From: Octopus sinensis
Lineage: Eukaryota
Direction: 5' to 3'
Length of the DNA: 64,000 nt
Assembly (NCBI RefSeq): GCF_006345805.1
Contig: NC_043014.1
Coordinates: forward strand, 43,772,001-43,836,000
Shown here: piece by piece, positions 11,312 through 24,960 of the stretch
Layout: every line of letters starts with the position of its first letter
How positions within the stretch are numbered: the stretch's first letter is position 1
The notes under the pieces: model-generated
What the model saw: only the letters and a program-made list of their open reading frames with translations
The model's database searches: none
What the model was told of the DNA's origin: nothing
Translations under genes and position numbers: made by a program

Positions 11312-12339
11312 TTTCATTCTGTAACTTTTGCTCTTAAAACCAATGCACATGTTACTAGATTTGTGTAATTTATTTTTGGAGATGTTTTTGGTCTAGCCAA
11401 AACTTTTGTGCATTTGTGTTGTTTCTGAAGTGTGTGACCGAGCATACCTGTAAATGTCATAATAAAAATTCTGTAAAAAAAGATCAGGATATTTAAAAAA
11501 AATTTTTTTTTTAGAGTTACTTGTATATCCACGCCCGCTATTAATTACATTTATTATCAACATCTCTGCAATCACCTTATTTTTGTGCATCTGTTTTTTT
11601 TTTACTTGTTATATCATTAATTAACAATCATACCTGCACAAAATTATTTTTAGCTCAAATAGCTATTTTACATTAAAAATAAAGAAAACACTAAGTGTTT
11701 TTTGCTACGTAGCCAATTTTCACAATTATATGACCACAAGTGAATCATGCTATGAGCATTTGAATAAACAAGCCCATTTTAAGGAGAGTTTTTCTTCAGT
11801 CTTTACAGGATTGAGCTTTTGGCTTGGAAATTTCAATACGATATTGAAAATTAATATAAATTGGTAAATATAAAAAAATATATGATTTCCATTTCATCAT
11901 ATAAATCGTAGTTTAGTGAATGAAATTCTGTGCACAATGGTTACTATTCTGATGTTAGACAGACACAATTTTTCACAGCCTTTGATGTTTAATGCATATA
12001 TTAGCACACAACACTGTTACGCACAAATGCTCCAAAAGTTCAGCTCCATTATTTATAAAATGCAGTTGAAACATTGGCAGATATTTGACATTGGGGCTCA
12101 GTGGCTTTAAAGAAAGATAAAATTCATCCCATTTGAGACACTGCCCAAGCTAAGAATAGAGAAAGAAAAAATTATATGGTACAACTCCACTTACAACTTC
12201 CAAGACACCACATATGCTGCCAAATGCTTCTTTAAATTTGCCAAAAAGCATTTCCTCAATTCACAAGATGTAACAGCAGGCAGAGAAACTTATCTTTTTT
12301 GCAAGAAATTCTCCACTGTTGTGTGTGTGTATGTGCATG

Positions 12340-12665
12340 TGTGATATAAATATCAGCGTCACCGCCACTGACCAGGCTATCAGATGTTGCTACACATCGC
12401 TGGTCACAATGCGCTTCGCATTGTTTTTGGCCTTCAAATGACGCCACCCCGCTGGCTAAGCGAGCAGGCCAACAGAAGAAAGAGTGAGAGAAAGTTGTGG
12501 CGAAAGAGTACAGCAGGGATCACCACCACCCCTGCCGGAGCCTCGTGGCGCTTTTTAGGTTTTTTCGCTCAATAAACACTCACAACTCCCGGTCTGGGAA
12601 TCGAAACTGCAATCCTACGACTGCGATTTCACTGCCCTAACCACTGGGCCATTGCACCTCCACAT
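12340..12665 (-). mobile_element. SINE family D (same family as the 950-2496 array), full-length monomer
   Basis: Reverse complement of the head GGAGGTGCAATGGCCCAGTGG through the tail CATCTGATAGCCTGG. Confidence 0.9.
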
Positions 12666-12931
12666 GTGATATAAATATGTCTATACCTAAATGTATCCAA
12701 CCATCCTTGTATCTACATATATGTATACTTACGTATTTTTTGTATATTTGTCTTTCCTTCTCTATGTGTATGTCACACCATATACATCTTGTGTATATAC
12801 ATGCATATCTCATATATGAATATGTATAACTGCATATCTTCATACATATGTATATATATTTTGGAATATGTACTCGTATCTGTGCATGTCTATCAATGTA
12901 TGTTTGTGTATATTATATTTATATTTCTGTA

Positions 12932-13533
12932 AAGGCGGCGAGCTGGCAGAAACGTTAGCACGCCGGGCGAAATGCTTAGCGGTTTTTTGTCTGTCGTTAC
13001 GTTCTTAGTTCAAATTCCGCCGAGGTCAACTTTGCCTTTCATCCTTTCGGGGTCGATAAATAAAGTACCAGTTTCGCACTGGGGTCAATGCAATCGACTT
13101 AATCCCTTTGTATGTCCTTGTTTGTCCCCTCTGTATTTAGCTCCTTGTGGGTAGTAAAGAAATAAGTATTTCGTCTGCCATTACGTTCTGAGTTCAAATT
13201 CCGCCGAGGTCGACTTTGCCTTTCATCCTTTCGGGGTCAATAAATAAAGTACCAGTTTCGCACTGGGGGTTGATGTAATCGACTTAATCCCATTGTATGG
13301 CCTTGTTTGTCCCCTCTGTGTTTAGGCCCTTGTGGGTAGTAAAGAAATAAGTATTTCGTCTGCCGTTACGTTCTGAGTTCAAATTCCGCCGAGGTCGACT
13401 TTGCCTTTCATCCTTTCGGGGTCAATAAATTAAGTACCAGTTACACACTGGGGTCGAAGTAATCGACTTAATCCCTTTGTCTGTCCTTGTTTGTCCCCTC
13501 TATGTTTAGCCCCTTGTGGGTAGTAAAGAAATA
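12932..13533 (+). mobile_element. SINE family C, trimer (head plus three ~185-bp bodies)
   Basis: The body restarts at GTATTTCGTC at 13166 and 13351, each time after AAAGAAATAA. Confidence 0.9.
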
Positions 13534-13586
13534 TATGTTTATGTTTCTGTATATTTTTAGCAATATAATATACACATGTGAATCAA

Positions 13587-13617
<31 letters not shown>

Positions 13618-14559
13618 GTATCTGTAGGTATGCACATATTCATGCTTATGTGTATATACTTGGAGCCATACATATAGAGATGTATATGTGTATTTATATG
13701 TGTGTGTTTGTATGCCTATTTCTGTATATCTGTATTTCTGAAGATGTGTGTATGTGAGTCTGCAACCCCTTTTTTGTTCCATATCTTTGTTTATTTGTGC
13801 AGTTATGCACCTGTCTGTCCAGCTATGCCCTTCCCCACATACACATTCCCCTGAATCCGTTTTCGTCTTCTATTAACTACAAAACACAATTGGTTTTTTT
13901 CTCCCACCCCTCTTCTCCATCCTCCCTCGCAAACACTCAAGTCCCCCACTCCAAAAAAATAAAACACACCCTACACTTCTCATCCTTTCTCCCACAGATA
14001 ATTCATTCGTTGGAAAACATCAAATTCCTACAAACGGACATTGCCATTTTCTCCTTCCCCAAAAATTCTTCACAAGCTAACAAACAACCTATTAGACTTC
14101 TCTCTCTCTAAATAAGAATTTTTTTCATGCACCAATAAACTCCGTTTTCACAAACATTCATGCCTGACAAATTAAACTCATTCATATTTATTCTTTGCCT
14201 ATTTCCCCACCACCTTTTCCCTTTAATTTTCTTTATTTCTATCTCATCACAAAAAAAGGCACCTATATTTACATAGCCTACAAATCTGCCCTCCCCTCCT
14301 TATATCCATTCATCCCTCAAACTAACTTTCACTAAATCACTGCATTCCAATAAAAGCAAATTAAAATCCGCCCCCCAAAATAATAAATAAAACCCTTCTC
14401 TGACAGCAACACAGAATTTCTGACCTAAATAAATACTGCCTCATCTCAAAAATGTCCTAGAATTTCAATGATTCTCATTCCAGATGAAACTGCTTGCTAG
14501 TTTCTGTGAGGCTTTGGATATTCTAATACCTGGAATAAAAATAACTTTTATCTTCTGTT

Positions 14560-15220
14560 TGTTTTACTCGTTTCTGTCATTGAACTCTGGCCATGCTGGG
14601 GCACCGCTTTCAAGGGTTTAGTCAAACAAATCAACCCCAGTATTTATTTATTTTTTTGAACTGGTGCTTTTTTTCTATCAGACTCTTTTGCTGAACTGTT
14701 AAGTTACGGGGATGTAAATAAGCCAGTACGAGTCGTTAAGTGGCGATGGGAGACAAACACATATACACACTTAGGGCTTCTCTCAGTTTCCATCTACCAA
14801 ATTCACTCACAAGGTTTTGGTTGACCTGTGGCTGTAGTAGAAGACATGTGCCCAAGGTGTCATGCAGTGGGACTGAATGACAGGTTCAGTCCCACTGCGT
14901 GGCACCTTGGGCTAGTGTCTTATACTATAGCCTCGGGCCGACCAAAGCCTTGTGAGTGGATTTGGTAGACGGAAACTGAAAGAAGCCCGTCATGTATATG
15001 TATATATATATGTGTTTGTGTGTCTGTGTTTGTCCCCCCAACATTGCTTGACAATCGATGCCGGTGTGTTTACATCCCTGTAACTTAGCGGTTCGGCAAA
15101 AGAAACCAATAGAATAAGCACTAGGCTTACGAAGAATAAGTCCTGGGGTCGATTTGCTCGACTAAAAGCGGTGCTCCAGCATGGCCGCAGTCAAATGACT
15201 GAAACAAGTAAAAGAGTAGT
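14560..15220. mobile_element. Two headless SINE family A copies joined head-to-head
   Basis: Minus copy at 14560-14878 and plus copy at 14886-15220. Junction GCAGTGGGACTGAA tgacagg TTCAGTCCCACTGC. Confidence 0.85.
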
Positions 15221-15419
15221 GATAAGACCTTTTATCGACAGTTCATTCTGTTAATGCCTGTGGCTTACCCCAAGGATTTAGTAACAGCACGTGTCAGGTT
15301 TATAGGGGTAGGTAGGTAAAACTTTAGCTAAGTGGTTATTTTTAATGGTCAGTATTTCCATATTTTGGGCATACAAGCCACCAAAATGAGGTTCCTTTGA
15401 TGGATCTTCAGATCTAATG

Positions 15420-15740
15420 TTACTTGACCAGGCATGCAACTTAGAGATCAAGGGGTCTCTCTAGGTCAACCTCCTACTTTTCTGCATTGAGAGGTCATAG
15501 TTCTGTACTATGAACATGTGATTAGAATGTTGCTGGAGAGAATGGTAAGATGGGTTCTTCAGGGCAATCCAACTGGCAGGAACCTTGGGATAGATCAAGA
15601 AAAAGATGGTTGGATAATATCCATAGCCTCAGTTGGTTGCCCTGGGGGAATCCAAGCAGAAAGTATCATGCGAGTTGCTTCTGATAGGACCCTGTGAAGG
15701 AAGTGCCCAGGGTCTCTACTCCTATAGCCATACCAAGAAC
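15420..15740 (+). mobile_element. Decayed RTE-like LINE ORF2 C-terminus
   Basis: Frameshifted reading IRMLLERMVRWVLQGNPTGR...RSRKRWLDNI, typical of RTE ORF2 ends. Confidence 0.55.
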
Positions 15741-16151
15741 TGTGTGCAAAATAAAAGGATGGATGGAGTATTTAAGTTTTAACTTAGGAAATATTTCAGA
15801 ATTTAGAATATATTTTCTCATTGTCAATAGTTAACTGTCCTCGTTTAAATTTTTTAATCATGCCAACCTGTTGCTTGCATAGGAGAAGATTGGAAATTAT
15901 TTCTTTTGGGTGTTGTTGCTATGTGGATGTTTTTTTTTTAATTATTAATTTACATATGAAATAGTTCAAATTTTAAAATAACATACTCTACATAATGACC
16001 TCAGTGAATCACCATCATCGTTATCTTCATCATCATAGACCATCGTAGACTGTGACACTCTATGCTACAGTGGAAAAATTAACTGAGACGCCATTGGTTT
16101 CAGAGGGTATATGTAGATTATTGCTGCTTATAATTATAATAATAATTATTA

Positions 16152-16183
<32 letters not shown>

Positions 16184-17249
16184 TATTAATTTACATTTGG
16201 AAATAATTCTGAATTTGAAATAACATTTTCCAAGCATTAACAAAAGTTAATTGTCATAATTTAAAATTTTATCACATGCTAGCATGGAGAAATTACTTTA
16301 AAATGAAATTAAAAAAAACAAAAAAAAACGAAACACAACTTCCTTCTGCCTCCTCCTCCTCTTTCTCTTCTTCCCCCTTTCCCTTCTCCTCTCTCTCTCT
16401 CCTTCTCTTGCTCTTCCTCTTTCTCTCTTTTGGAAATAGCATTTTTAAAAATTAATTTGCATTTCAAAATAATTCACATATTAGTTACACATACTCCAAG
16501 AATCATCATCGCAGCCAACGTGTTTCTGTCGTAGAGAATTTTTACCGAGAAACTTAACTATTGGTTTCTGACTGTTATTGACTTATGTAAATGGATTTTT
16601 GTCTTTTTTTTTTTTGTTTTCTTTTCTTTATATTTTCATTTATTTAATTCGCATTACTAAATAGTTCAGACTTTCGGAACACTGGTATACTTCAACACCA
16701 TTTTCGTCATCACATCATTCGCTATATATATATATATTTACAGACCTTGCCAACCTGTGTTAGCATCGAGAAACAAATTCTTAAATGATTGCCGGATTGG
16801 TTCCTCGTGAAGGTGATGGCGTCAGTAGTGCTTATTGATTTAAATAAGTGATTTTAAAGTTCAGTGTTTTCAAAATTTTACATCTAGAAATAGTTCAAAA
16901 ATTTAAAATACATTTTTCAGCCTTTACAACAATGGTTTACTTCGCATACTGCCAATTTCACAATTGAAGTTTCTGTAAATAAAGAACTACTGATATTTAA
17001 TTTGTGCTTATTGAATTTATATGCTATAAAACTTAATTAAAACTGAGTAATGCAAAATAATGGCCTTACAATTAAATTTATCCTATTCTAACAGTGTTCA
17101 ATCAATACTTGATGTAGTGTTTTGCTGCCAGTTCCTTTTCTGAGAGGAAGAGGAGGACCGTTTGCATTCCAGACGATGATATATTTTCCATTTTCAAAAA
17201 TTTCCATTTGTTTATAATATATGCGTGCACGCATGCTCACGCACACATA

Positions 17250-17271
17250 AATAAATGCATGCACACACACA

Positions 17272-17307
<36 letters not shown>

Positions 17308-17324
17308 CATACATATATACATAC

Positions 17325-17416
<92 letters not shown>

Positions 17417-17615
17417 TATATATACATACAGATATATATATATATATACATATATATATATGTATATATATATATATGTGTATATATGTATATATATACA
17501 GATATATATATACATATATATATGTATATATAATATATATATATATATATACACACATATATATATACTATATATATGTATATATATATGTGTATATATA
17601 TATATATATATACAG

Positions 17616-17668
<53 letters not shown>

Positions 17669-17712
17669 CATATATATACATACAGATATATATATATATA
17701 TATATGCATACA
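17250..17712. repeat. Compound (CATA)n/(TA)n microsatellite
   Basis: Directly visible; source of several YI-repeat ORFs. Confidence 0.95.
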
Positions 17713-17947
17713 TATGTTGTTGCTAACTATTGCATTCATGCATTTGTTTGTTTGTTACGCTGCAGTGTGTTTGGGATAGAGAGAAGAAAGGGGGGCTGCG
17801 AGAGTGGGAAAAGGGGCCACAGACAGAATGCAAAAGCTGTATCTGTGAACAACACTTTTATGTGCCTGAGAGAATTTCTGCGTATGTTAACCATATTCAT
17901 GCGTTACCATTGAAAATCCTGATTGTACGTGATCCTTCCTATGTCAT

Positions 17948-17982
<35 letters not shown>

Positions 17983-18526
17983 CTAGATATGTCAGTTTGT
18001 ATATATGTGTATATATGTGTAGGCTTTTGTACATAGGAAAATCGGCATGTGTGTGTATGTATGTGTGTATGCAATCAGGATTGTAATTGCTATCAATCAG
18101 AGAATTGAATTTCTAATTACTGAGTTGCTTTGTTTCTTTCATTAATGGTGTTGTGGGTGGTGGGCGCGGATGGCGTGTGGGGTTGGTTTTGTGGAGGGTT
18201 TGTTGTGGTTGCTAATGGTCCATTGGGTCTAAGTGTTCCTTTGTAGTTCTCAAAGGTGTTTGCTACACCCTTACAGTCCTTACGAATTCCCCCACCCTTA
18301 CATCCCTTAATTGTATACTGAATGATATCTTGATTCAAGAGCCCTCAGCAAATTAAAATTCTTTTTTTTTCCCCCCAACTCCTAATATCTTTTTATGTAA
18401 AAAATCAATGTCAAAATGAAAGGAATGTGTGTGTGTGTGATCATTTAATGTCTGTTTTCCCTGCTGGTATGGGTTGGACATTTCAATAGGAAGAGGAGAC
18501 TGCGGATTGCACTGGGCTCCATTATA

Positions 18527-18576
18527 ATCTATATATATAAAGCTGAAGTTGTCTGTGTATGGCAGGTTTGGTAGCC
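18527..18576 (-). mobile_element. 3' end of the Helitron-like family
   Basis: Reverse complement of 11257-11311. Confidence 0.6.
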
Positions 18577-18624
18577 CTCACCAAAGCCTTGCAAGTAGAT
18601 TTTTGCAGATAGAAACTGAAAGTT

Positions 18625-18858
18625 AAGGCGGCAAGCTGGCTGAAACGTTAGCATGCCGGACAAAATGCTTAGCAGTATTTCGTCTGTTTTTACGTTCTGA
18701 GTTCAAATTCCACCGAAGTCTACTTTACCTTTCATCCTTTTGGGGTTGATAAATTAAGTACCAGTTATGCACTGGGGTCGATGTAATCGACTTAATCCCT
18801 TTGTTTGTCCTTATTTGTCCCCTCTATGTTTAGCCCCTTGTGGGCAATAAAGATATAA
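18625..18858 (+). mobile_element. SINE family C, monomer
   Basis: AAGGCGGCAAGCTGGCTGAAACGTTAGC...CCTTGTGGGCAATAAAG. Confidence 0.85.
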
Positions 18859-19124
18859 GAAACTGAAAGAAGCCTGTTGTTATACATACATATGTGTGTG
18901 TGTGTGTGTTTGTGTCTTTTTGTCTTTGTCTCTTACCACTGCTTGACAGCCAATGTTGGTGCATTTATCCCAAAAGAGACTAACAGAATAAGTACTAGTT
19001 TTATTTTTTTAAAAAAAGGGTACCGAGTGTTAATTCCTTTGGCTAAAAATTCTTCAAGGCGGTGCCACATTGCGGCCACCGCAGTCTAATGACTGAAACA
19101 AATTAAAGATAAAATGCAACAGTA

Positions 19125-19402
19125 TTCTCTCTCTCTCTCTCTCCCTTCGTCTCTCTCCCTATCTCTTTCTCTCTCCCCTTCCTCACTCTCCCTTCCCCTC
19201 TCTCCCTATCTCTCTCTCCTCTCTCTCTCCCTATCTATCTCTCCCTCTCTCTCTCTCCCTTCCTCTCTCTCCCTATTTCTCTCTCCCTTCCTCTCTCTCC
19301 CTATCTTTCCCTTCCTCTCTCTCCCCCTTCCTCTCTATCCCTTCCTCTCTCTCTCCTTCCCTTCCTCTCCCCCTCCCTCCCTCTTTCTCTCTCTCTCTCT
19401 CC
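19125..19402. repeat. Polypyrimidine (CT-rich) tract
   Basis: About 280 bp of C/T with rare A on the + strand. Confidence 0.9.
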
Positions 19403-21889
19403 AAACATCCAAACGTGTGGCTTTGTGTCGATGTTCGGTCGTCGTCGCTTCGTTGTCCGCTGCCCCCTCAGTATACGTTTCATGTAGAAAGCACTTCATT
19501 CACGATGACTTCAGCTTTTATTTAGGTGCAGTTAGTTTATTCAACACGAAGTGTGCGTTTGTGTGGGTGTAGCTAGCGTACATCCACAACTGTAGTCGTT
19601 TTCAGAATTTATTCTGTTTTCTACAAAGATATATCTTCTAAACATCTTTTCCACCCATGTCCGCATACATCCAAATTCATTTCCCCTCACATCACCACCA
19701 CAAGTCTCGTAACATGCACTAGTTTGGAAGTATTATGTCTCTCCAGCTGCCTCTGTCCTTTGCTAATTTCTTCTGTCAGTTTGCTTTTAATTTTTTCCTT
19801 TCTTTTTTTCTTTCCTTGCAAATCTCTTCTTTCTCTCTCTTGTTTTCGGCAGTTTCATCTGTTTCTCTTTCGACAAGCAAATAGTCGATGCTAGTATATT
19901 CCACTTATATCATTTTTTCTATTGCTCAGTAATAATGTCTCAAGATGAATAGAAGTTACTTAGAAGCTGAGAAGTTATTAAGACTTGTTACTTTTTTTTC
20001 CACAGAAATACTGTAAAGTTTAAAATCATATTTAAAGAAAAAAAGAAAACCAAAAAAAAACGAGGGGTAAAATGGGCAAATAAGTGTGTTTTTGTGTATG
20101 TATATATGTTCATAATCTGACTTTGAAGTTTGGTAATGGATTGGCAGAATTAACAAAATGTTGGACAAGAATTACTCTGCAAGAGACATTCACCTGCATG
20201 ACACATTCACCAGTGCTTTTTACATGGGTGGATGGGTTTTCTTGAGTACAGCAATGCACCGTATATCTCATTCCTTATCTCTAGGTTGTGGTTGTTAGCC
20301 AATGACGAAACTGTAGCATTTGACAAGTTCTAATTTTATTGATCCTCAGAAGAGCGAAAAGCAAAATTGTCCCTGGTGAGGAGATTTGGACTCAGAGCTT
20401 AACGGTCGTGACTAAATATTTTGAACTGCTGCTAATGTAGTTTCAGCTCTTACAAATCCAACTCCATTTTCAACCGTTTCCATTGCTGCAGTTGACATTA
20501 CATTGGTTGGATTACTATATCAGATAGTCTTTAGAATCCAAAATCAGATAGTCTTTAGAATCCAAAGAAAGCTCAAAGCAACACTGATCTTCCAGCTTCA
20601 AACCTGGTTAGATGTTAACCAGATTTAACTGGTTCCGTTGCTGTTTTATCATCATGATTAGCTGTTGTAGGAATTAGTATCACCATAATTGCTTGAATCA
20701 GTTTGGCGACAGAACATCAATCGAACAACTTGAAACTACCAAAAACTTTACTTCCTCCAAATTCTTTAGATGTTGTGGTCTAACCATCCTTCTCTCCATT
20801 GCTGATATGATAAACACACAGTTCTGTGAATCAGACCCCACTGAACTGGATTTAACTGAAGATTTACCTGTACCCCACCATTTTCTCTTATGCTGTGGAA
20901 AATAAACACATGGGCTTACGATTCAAATCTTAAAGAAAAATTCCTTTCAAGTAAATTCGATGGTAATTAAAGATTGATAATGAATCTGAAAACGATATCT
21001 CCATATCAGTCATTGGTGCTGTCGTTGTCATCATCATCAAACTTAACTCCAGAAGCTTTCCAGCCATGACTAACCTGTCTAAGATTACATTGTATCCATT
21101 GTGTGCTTATTTTTTTAAAACTAGGTGAATGTAGTTTCAGAGATTCGTTTACTGGTTTTAGCACAGAAAGAGGAGTTTATTATTGATAGTTAATTAATGT
21201 TTAGGAGTCAAATGTAAAACAAAGTTTGGCATGATACTAAAATGTTAGAAAAAATGAACAAATCTACTCACATAGCTTGTACTATGTCTGTGTTACCTGC
21301 CAGGTGACCGACCATGTTGCTGATTTATGCTGCTGAGCACCTGCCTTTTCATCTTCTTCCTACTCACTCATTCACCAGGGCACATGTCTCTTCCATTTGT
21401 AGGAACTCTCTTGAGACTGTCCAGCACCATATGTTTAGTGCTGGCTTTTTAATTCAAGTGTTTGCTTTACTCACCTCACTAGGTCTGTGGGTTGGTGAAG
21501 GTACTGTTATGTACCTTCACCAAAGAAATAAGAAACGTTAGAAGAAAAAAAGTAAAGAAGGTACTGTTATGGTACCAAAGTGGAATTTGAACTCGGAATG
21601 CAGTGAACCAAAAGTAATACTACAATGTATCTGATCCAATGTTCTTGAAGTCCTACCAATCCACTGTCTTTGCTGGGTATTTTCTTTTTATCAAACCCTA
21701 AGAATGAAAGGTGAATCTGACTCTCAAAAGGGCAGAGAGTCAGGACAAATTCTTTGAAGTTCTAATGATTCAATCCCAACGCAATTGATTCTGGTAATTC
21801 ACTGCCTCATATTCCATATTCACCTGCTCCAGTCTTGGTTCCAGTGTGATGGTTTGTGTGCTCCAATGATTCCCAGAGCTATTACCTGT

Positions 21890-22160
21890 AGAGTATAAGC
21901 ACCTGGCAAGGATTCTTATGATGGATAGGTCAAAGGATAGAGGCCGGGCTTATATGGACCACTTCTTTGCCGAGGGGAAAATCAGTTTGCATAGGACCAA
22001 CATCTCTACTTAGCAAATAGCAAAATTACAGAAGCACTGATGAGGATTCAAACCAAACAAGACCCGGGAAAAGAGCAGAAAGTACAACCCAAAGTAGAGA
22101 ACAGTGAAGAAAAGTGATCAATGACCTATGCTCCATTGAGAGCAAAGGGCTTAAGTTAGC
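21890..22160 (+). mobile_element. Decayed RTE-like LINE 3' end
   Basis: Ends ACCTATGCTCCATTGAGAGCAAAGGGCTTAAGTTAG, resembling RTE termini. The upstream part is degenerate and ORF2-like. Confidence 0.4.
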
Positions 22161-22170
22161 AGATAATATT

Positions 22171-22589
22171 AAGGCGGCGAGCTGGCAGAAACGTTAGCAC
22201 GCCGGGCGAAATGCTTGGTGGTATTTCGTCTGTCGTTACGTTCTGAGTTCAAATTCCGCCGAGGTCGACTTTGCCTTTCATCCTTTCGGGGTCGATTAAA
22301 TAAGTACCAGTTACGCACTGGGGTCGATATAATCGACTTAATCCGTGTTTCTGTCCTTGTTTGTCCTTTCTGTGTTTAGCCCCTTGTGGGTAGTAAAGAA
22401 ATAGGTATTTCGTCTGCCGTTACGTTGCGAGTTCAAATTCCGCCGAGGTCGACTTTGCCTTTCATCCTTTCGGGGTCGATTAAATAAGTACCAGTTACGC
22501 ACTGGGGTCGATGTAATCGATTTAATCCATGTGTTTGTCCTTGTTTGTCCTCTCAGTGTTTAGCCCCTTGCAGGCAGTAAAGAAATAGG
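22171..22589 (+). mobile_element. SINE family C, dimer
   Basis: The second body starts at 22405 after AAAGAAATAG. Confidence 0.9.
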
Positions 22590-23250
22590 TAATATTCACC
22601 TAGTAAATGATAGATATGGGGTTCAATTTCTGTTAGTGAATGGGTCTACCAGTTCCAATTTTTAGAGAGCCTCTTGTTATTTTCTTCCTGTCTTTAATTG
22701 GTACTTATAATGTCTCTAACATTATTGAATTTTTATAAAATCTTTAGTAGCAGTTAATTCATAAAGGTACATGCAACCATGATATCAAACATAATTAGTT
22801 GGTTCACATAACGAACATACTCTGTCCTTTTTCCTTTACCTTTGTGTTTTTTTTTGTTTGTTTGTTTGTTTTGTTCTTTCTTTCTTTCTACATTCTTTCT
22901 TCCCTTCTTTTTCTTAGTTGTGACAACAACTCATCGATTTTTTTTTATTCATTGTCTGTTTGTAATTTTTTTTTTTTTTTTTTTTTACTTCTATTGAATC
23001 TGACCCACACGTCACACCTCACCACACTACATCAACACACACACACTACATCTCACACACACACACTCGCTCAGCCTGTGCCAGCATCCCTACTTGTTTT
23101 CTCTTTCAGAGCAGCAAACAACATAGTGATATCATGGAGTCAGTAATTAAAAGATACTGATAAACACAACACAGGTAAAACCTTTAGTTCTGTTCCATGT
23201 CTTGTCCGTATTTGACTTCTTTTTTTTTTTCGGTTGTTGCTGTTGATTTG

Positions 23251-23315
<65 letters not shown>

Positions 23316-23318
23316 TTA

Positions 23319-23371
<53 letters not shown>

Positions 23372-23597
23372 TAACTTTTCTTTGTATCTCTTAGCCTGCT
23401 GTCAGCAGCGGAAGCAGCATCAATGTGGGGGAAGTCCTGCCAGACTAGTTTAGTTAGTATTTCCACCTGCCATTACTAGCTGCTAGCTTGTGAGATATTT
23501 CTGCTTGTCTAGTGACCTATGTCTCCTTGTTATAGTAAAATTTGCAGAACCATGTTTTTTTTCCCTGCAGTGATTATCAATAATTATATCATAATTA

Positions 23598-23641
<44 letters not shown>

Positions 23642-23673
23642 GTAATGTATATATATATGTATATATATGTATA

Positions 23674-23711
<38 letters not shown>

Positions 23712-23713
<2 letters not shown>

Positions 23714-23919
23714 TAAATAAATAAATGGAGTTGAACGAAGATGTTATTAAAATTCTTTTTCTTGCGACATATGTTTCGAAGACAACATGGTTTTATTCCA
23801 AACTAATAAACGGTGTAAAATGCAATTCCTTTGGAATACACCATGTTGCTTTCGAAACATATGTCGAAAGTAAAAGAATTTTCATAACATCTTCATTCAA
23901 CTCCATTTATTTATTTATT
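23712..23919. repeat. Long inverted repeat (~90-bp arms, ~27-nt loop), MITE/fold-back
   Basis: AATAAATAAATAAATGGAGTTGAACGAAGATGTTAT... pairs with ...ATAACATCTTCATTCAACTCCATTTATTTATTTATT; inner GCGACATATGTTTCGAA pairs with TTCGAAACATATGTCG. Confidence 0.85.
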
Positions 23920-24106
23920 TATAAAACACAAATTACTGCACATTAAACCGGAGTTTCTACCTTTGGATAGGTCACTTCAACCGCGTTTCTGACGTGAATT
24001 TTGCTACCCTGGTAACGGTTTATTGAATTTTCCATGTTAACGGTAAACATAGGATAATTCATTCATCCATTTAAATATATATATATGTACTATATAAGGC
24101 GTAGGA

Positions 24107-24480
24107 GTGGCTGTGTGGTAAGTAGCTTGCTTACGAACCACATGGTTCCGGGTTTAGTCCCACTGCATGGCAACTTGGGCAAGTGTCTTCTACTGTAGCC
24201 TCGGGCCGACCAAAGCCTTGTGAGTGGATTTGGTAGACAGAAACTGAAAGAAGCCCATCGTCTATATGTATATATATATATATGCGTGTGTGTGTTTGTG
24301 TGTCTGTGTTTGTCCCCCCCAACATCGCTTGACAGCCGATGCTGGTGTGTTTCGGCAAAAGAGACTGATAGAATAAGTATTAAGCTTACAAAGAATAAGT
24401 CCTGGGGGTCAGTTTGCTCGACTAAAGGTGGTGCTCCAGCATGGCTGCAGTCAAATGACTGAAACAAGTAAAAGAGTAAA
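24107..24480 (+). mobile_element. SINE family A, near full length
   Basis: Head to tail conserved. Confidence 0.9.
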
Positions 24481-24960
24481 AAAATATATATATATATGTA
24501 TATATATATATTTGTGTGTGTTTGTGTATGTAAAAACTACATTGTAAATGGTTTTAAGATTTTATGAATAAATTATATGTAAACACATTTATAAGTCTGA
24601 GATGTAAAAATAAAAACAGATCCTATCATGGGAGTGGAGCCACATGTCTTTCACTGTATGTATACTGTGGTATAGGGCTGTATTTGAACTTCAAAAAATA
24701 TATAGTTCCTAAATCAAAGTTCATCATAAACGCAGAGTATAAAATTTGCTGTGTTAGGATTTTCTTGTTTAGAGTATTGCCAATTGTAATAAAAATTTTT
24801 TAAAATTTACTTGCTTAATTCTTATGGTCCTTATATTCTATTATATTCAGTGTTATCTACTGGCATTTACAGGTATATTATGGTGGCTAGATTAATTGTA
24901 AGTTTATGTTGAAATAATATTAATAAATGTGCTATTAAACCTGTTTAATATACCTTAAAA

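Noticed and set aside
13797-14450. 104-aa ORF in a C/A-biased region, possible decayed LINE
   Set aside because: No recognisable domain; compositional bias explains the open frame.
17088-17913. Long Y/I/H/T-rich ORFs (also at 6488, 8054, 37578, 49953, 61361, 63269)
   Set aside because: Translations of TA/CA microsatellites.
22036-22075. CTGATGA...GAAA as a hammerhead
   Set aside because: No stem II or stem I pairing.
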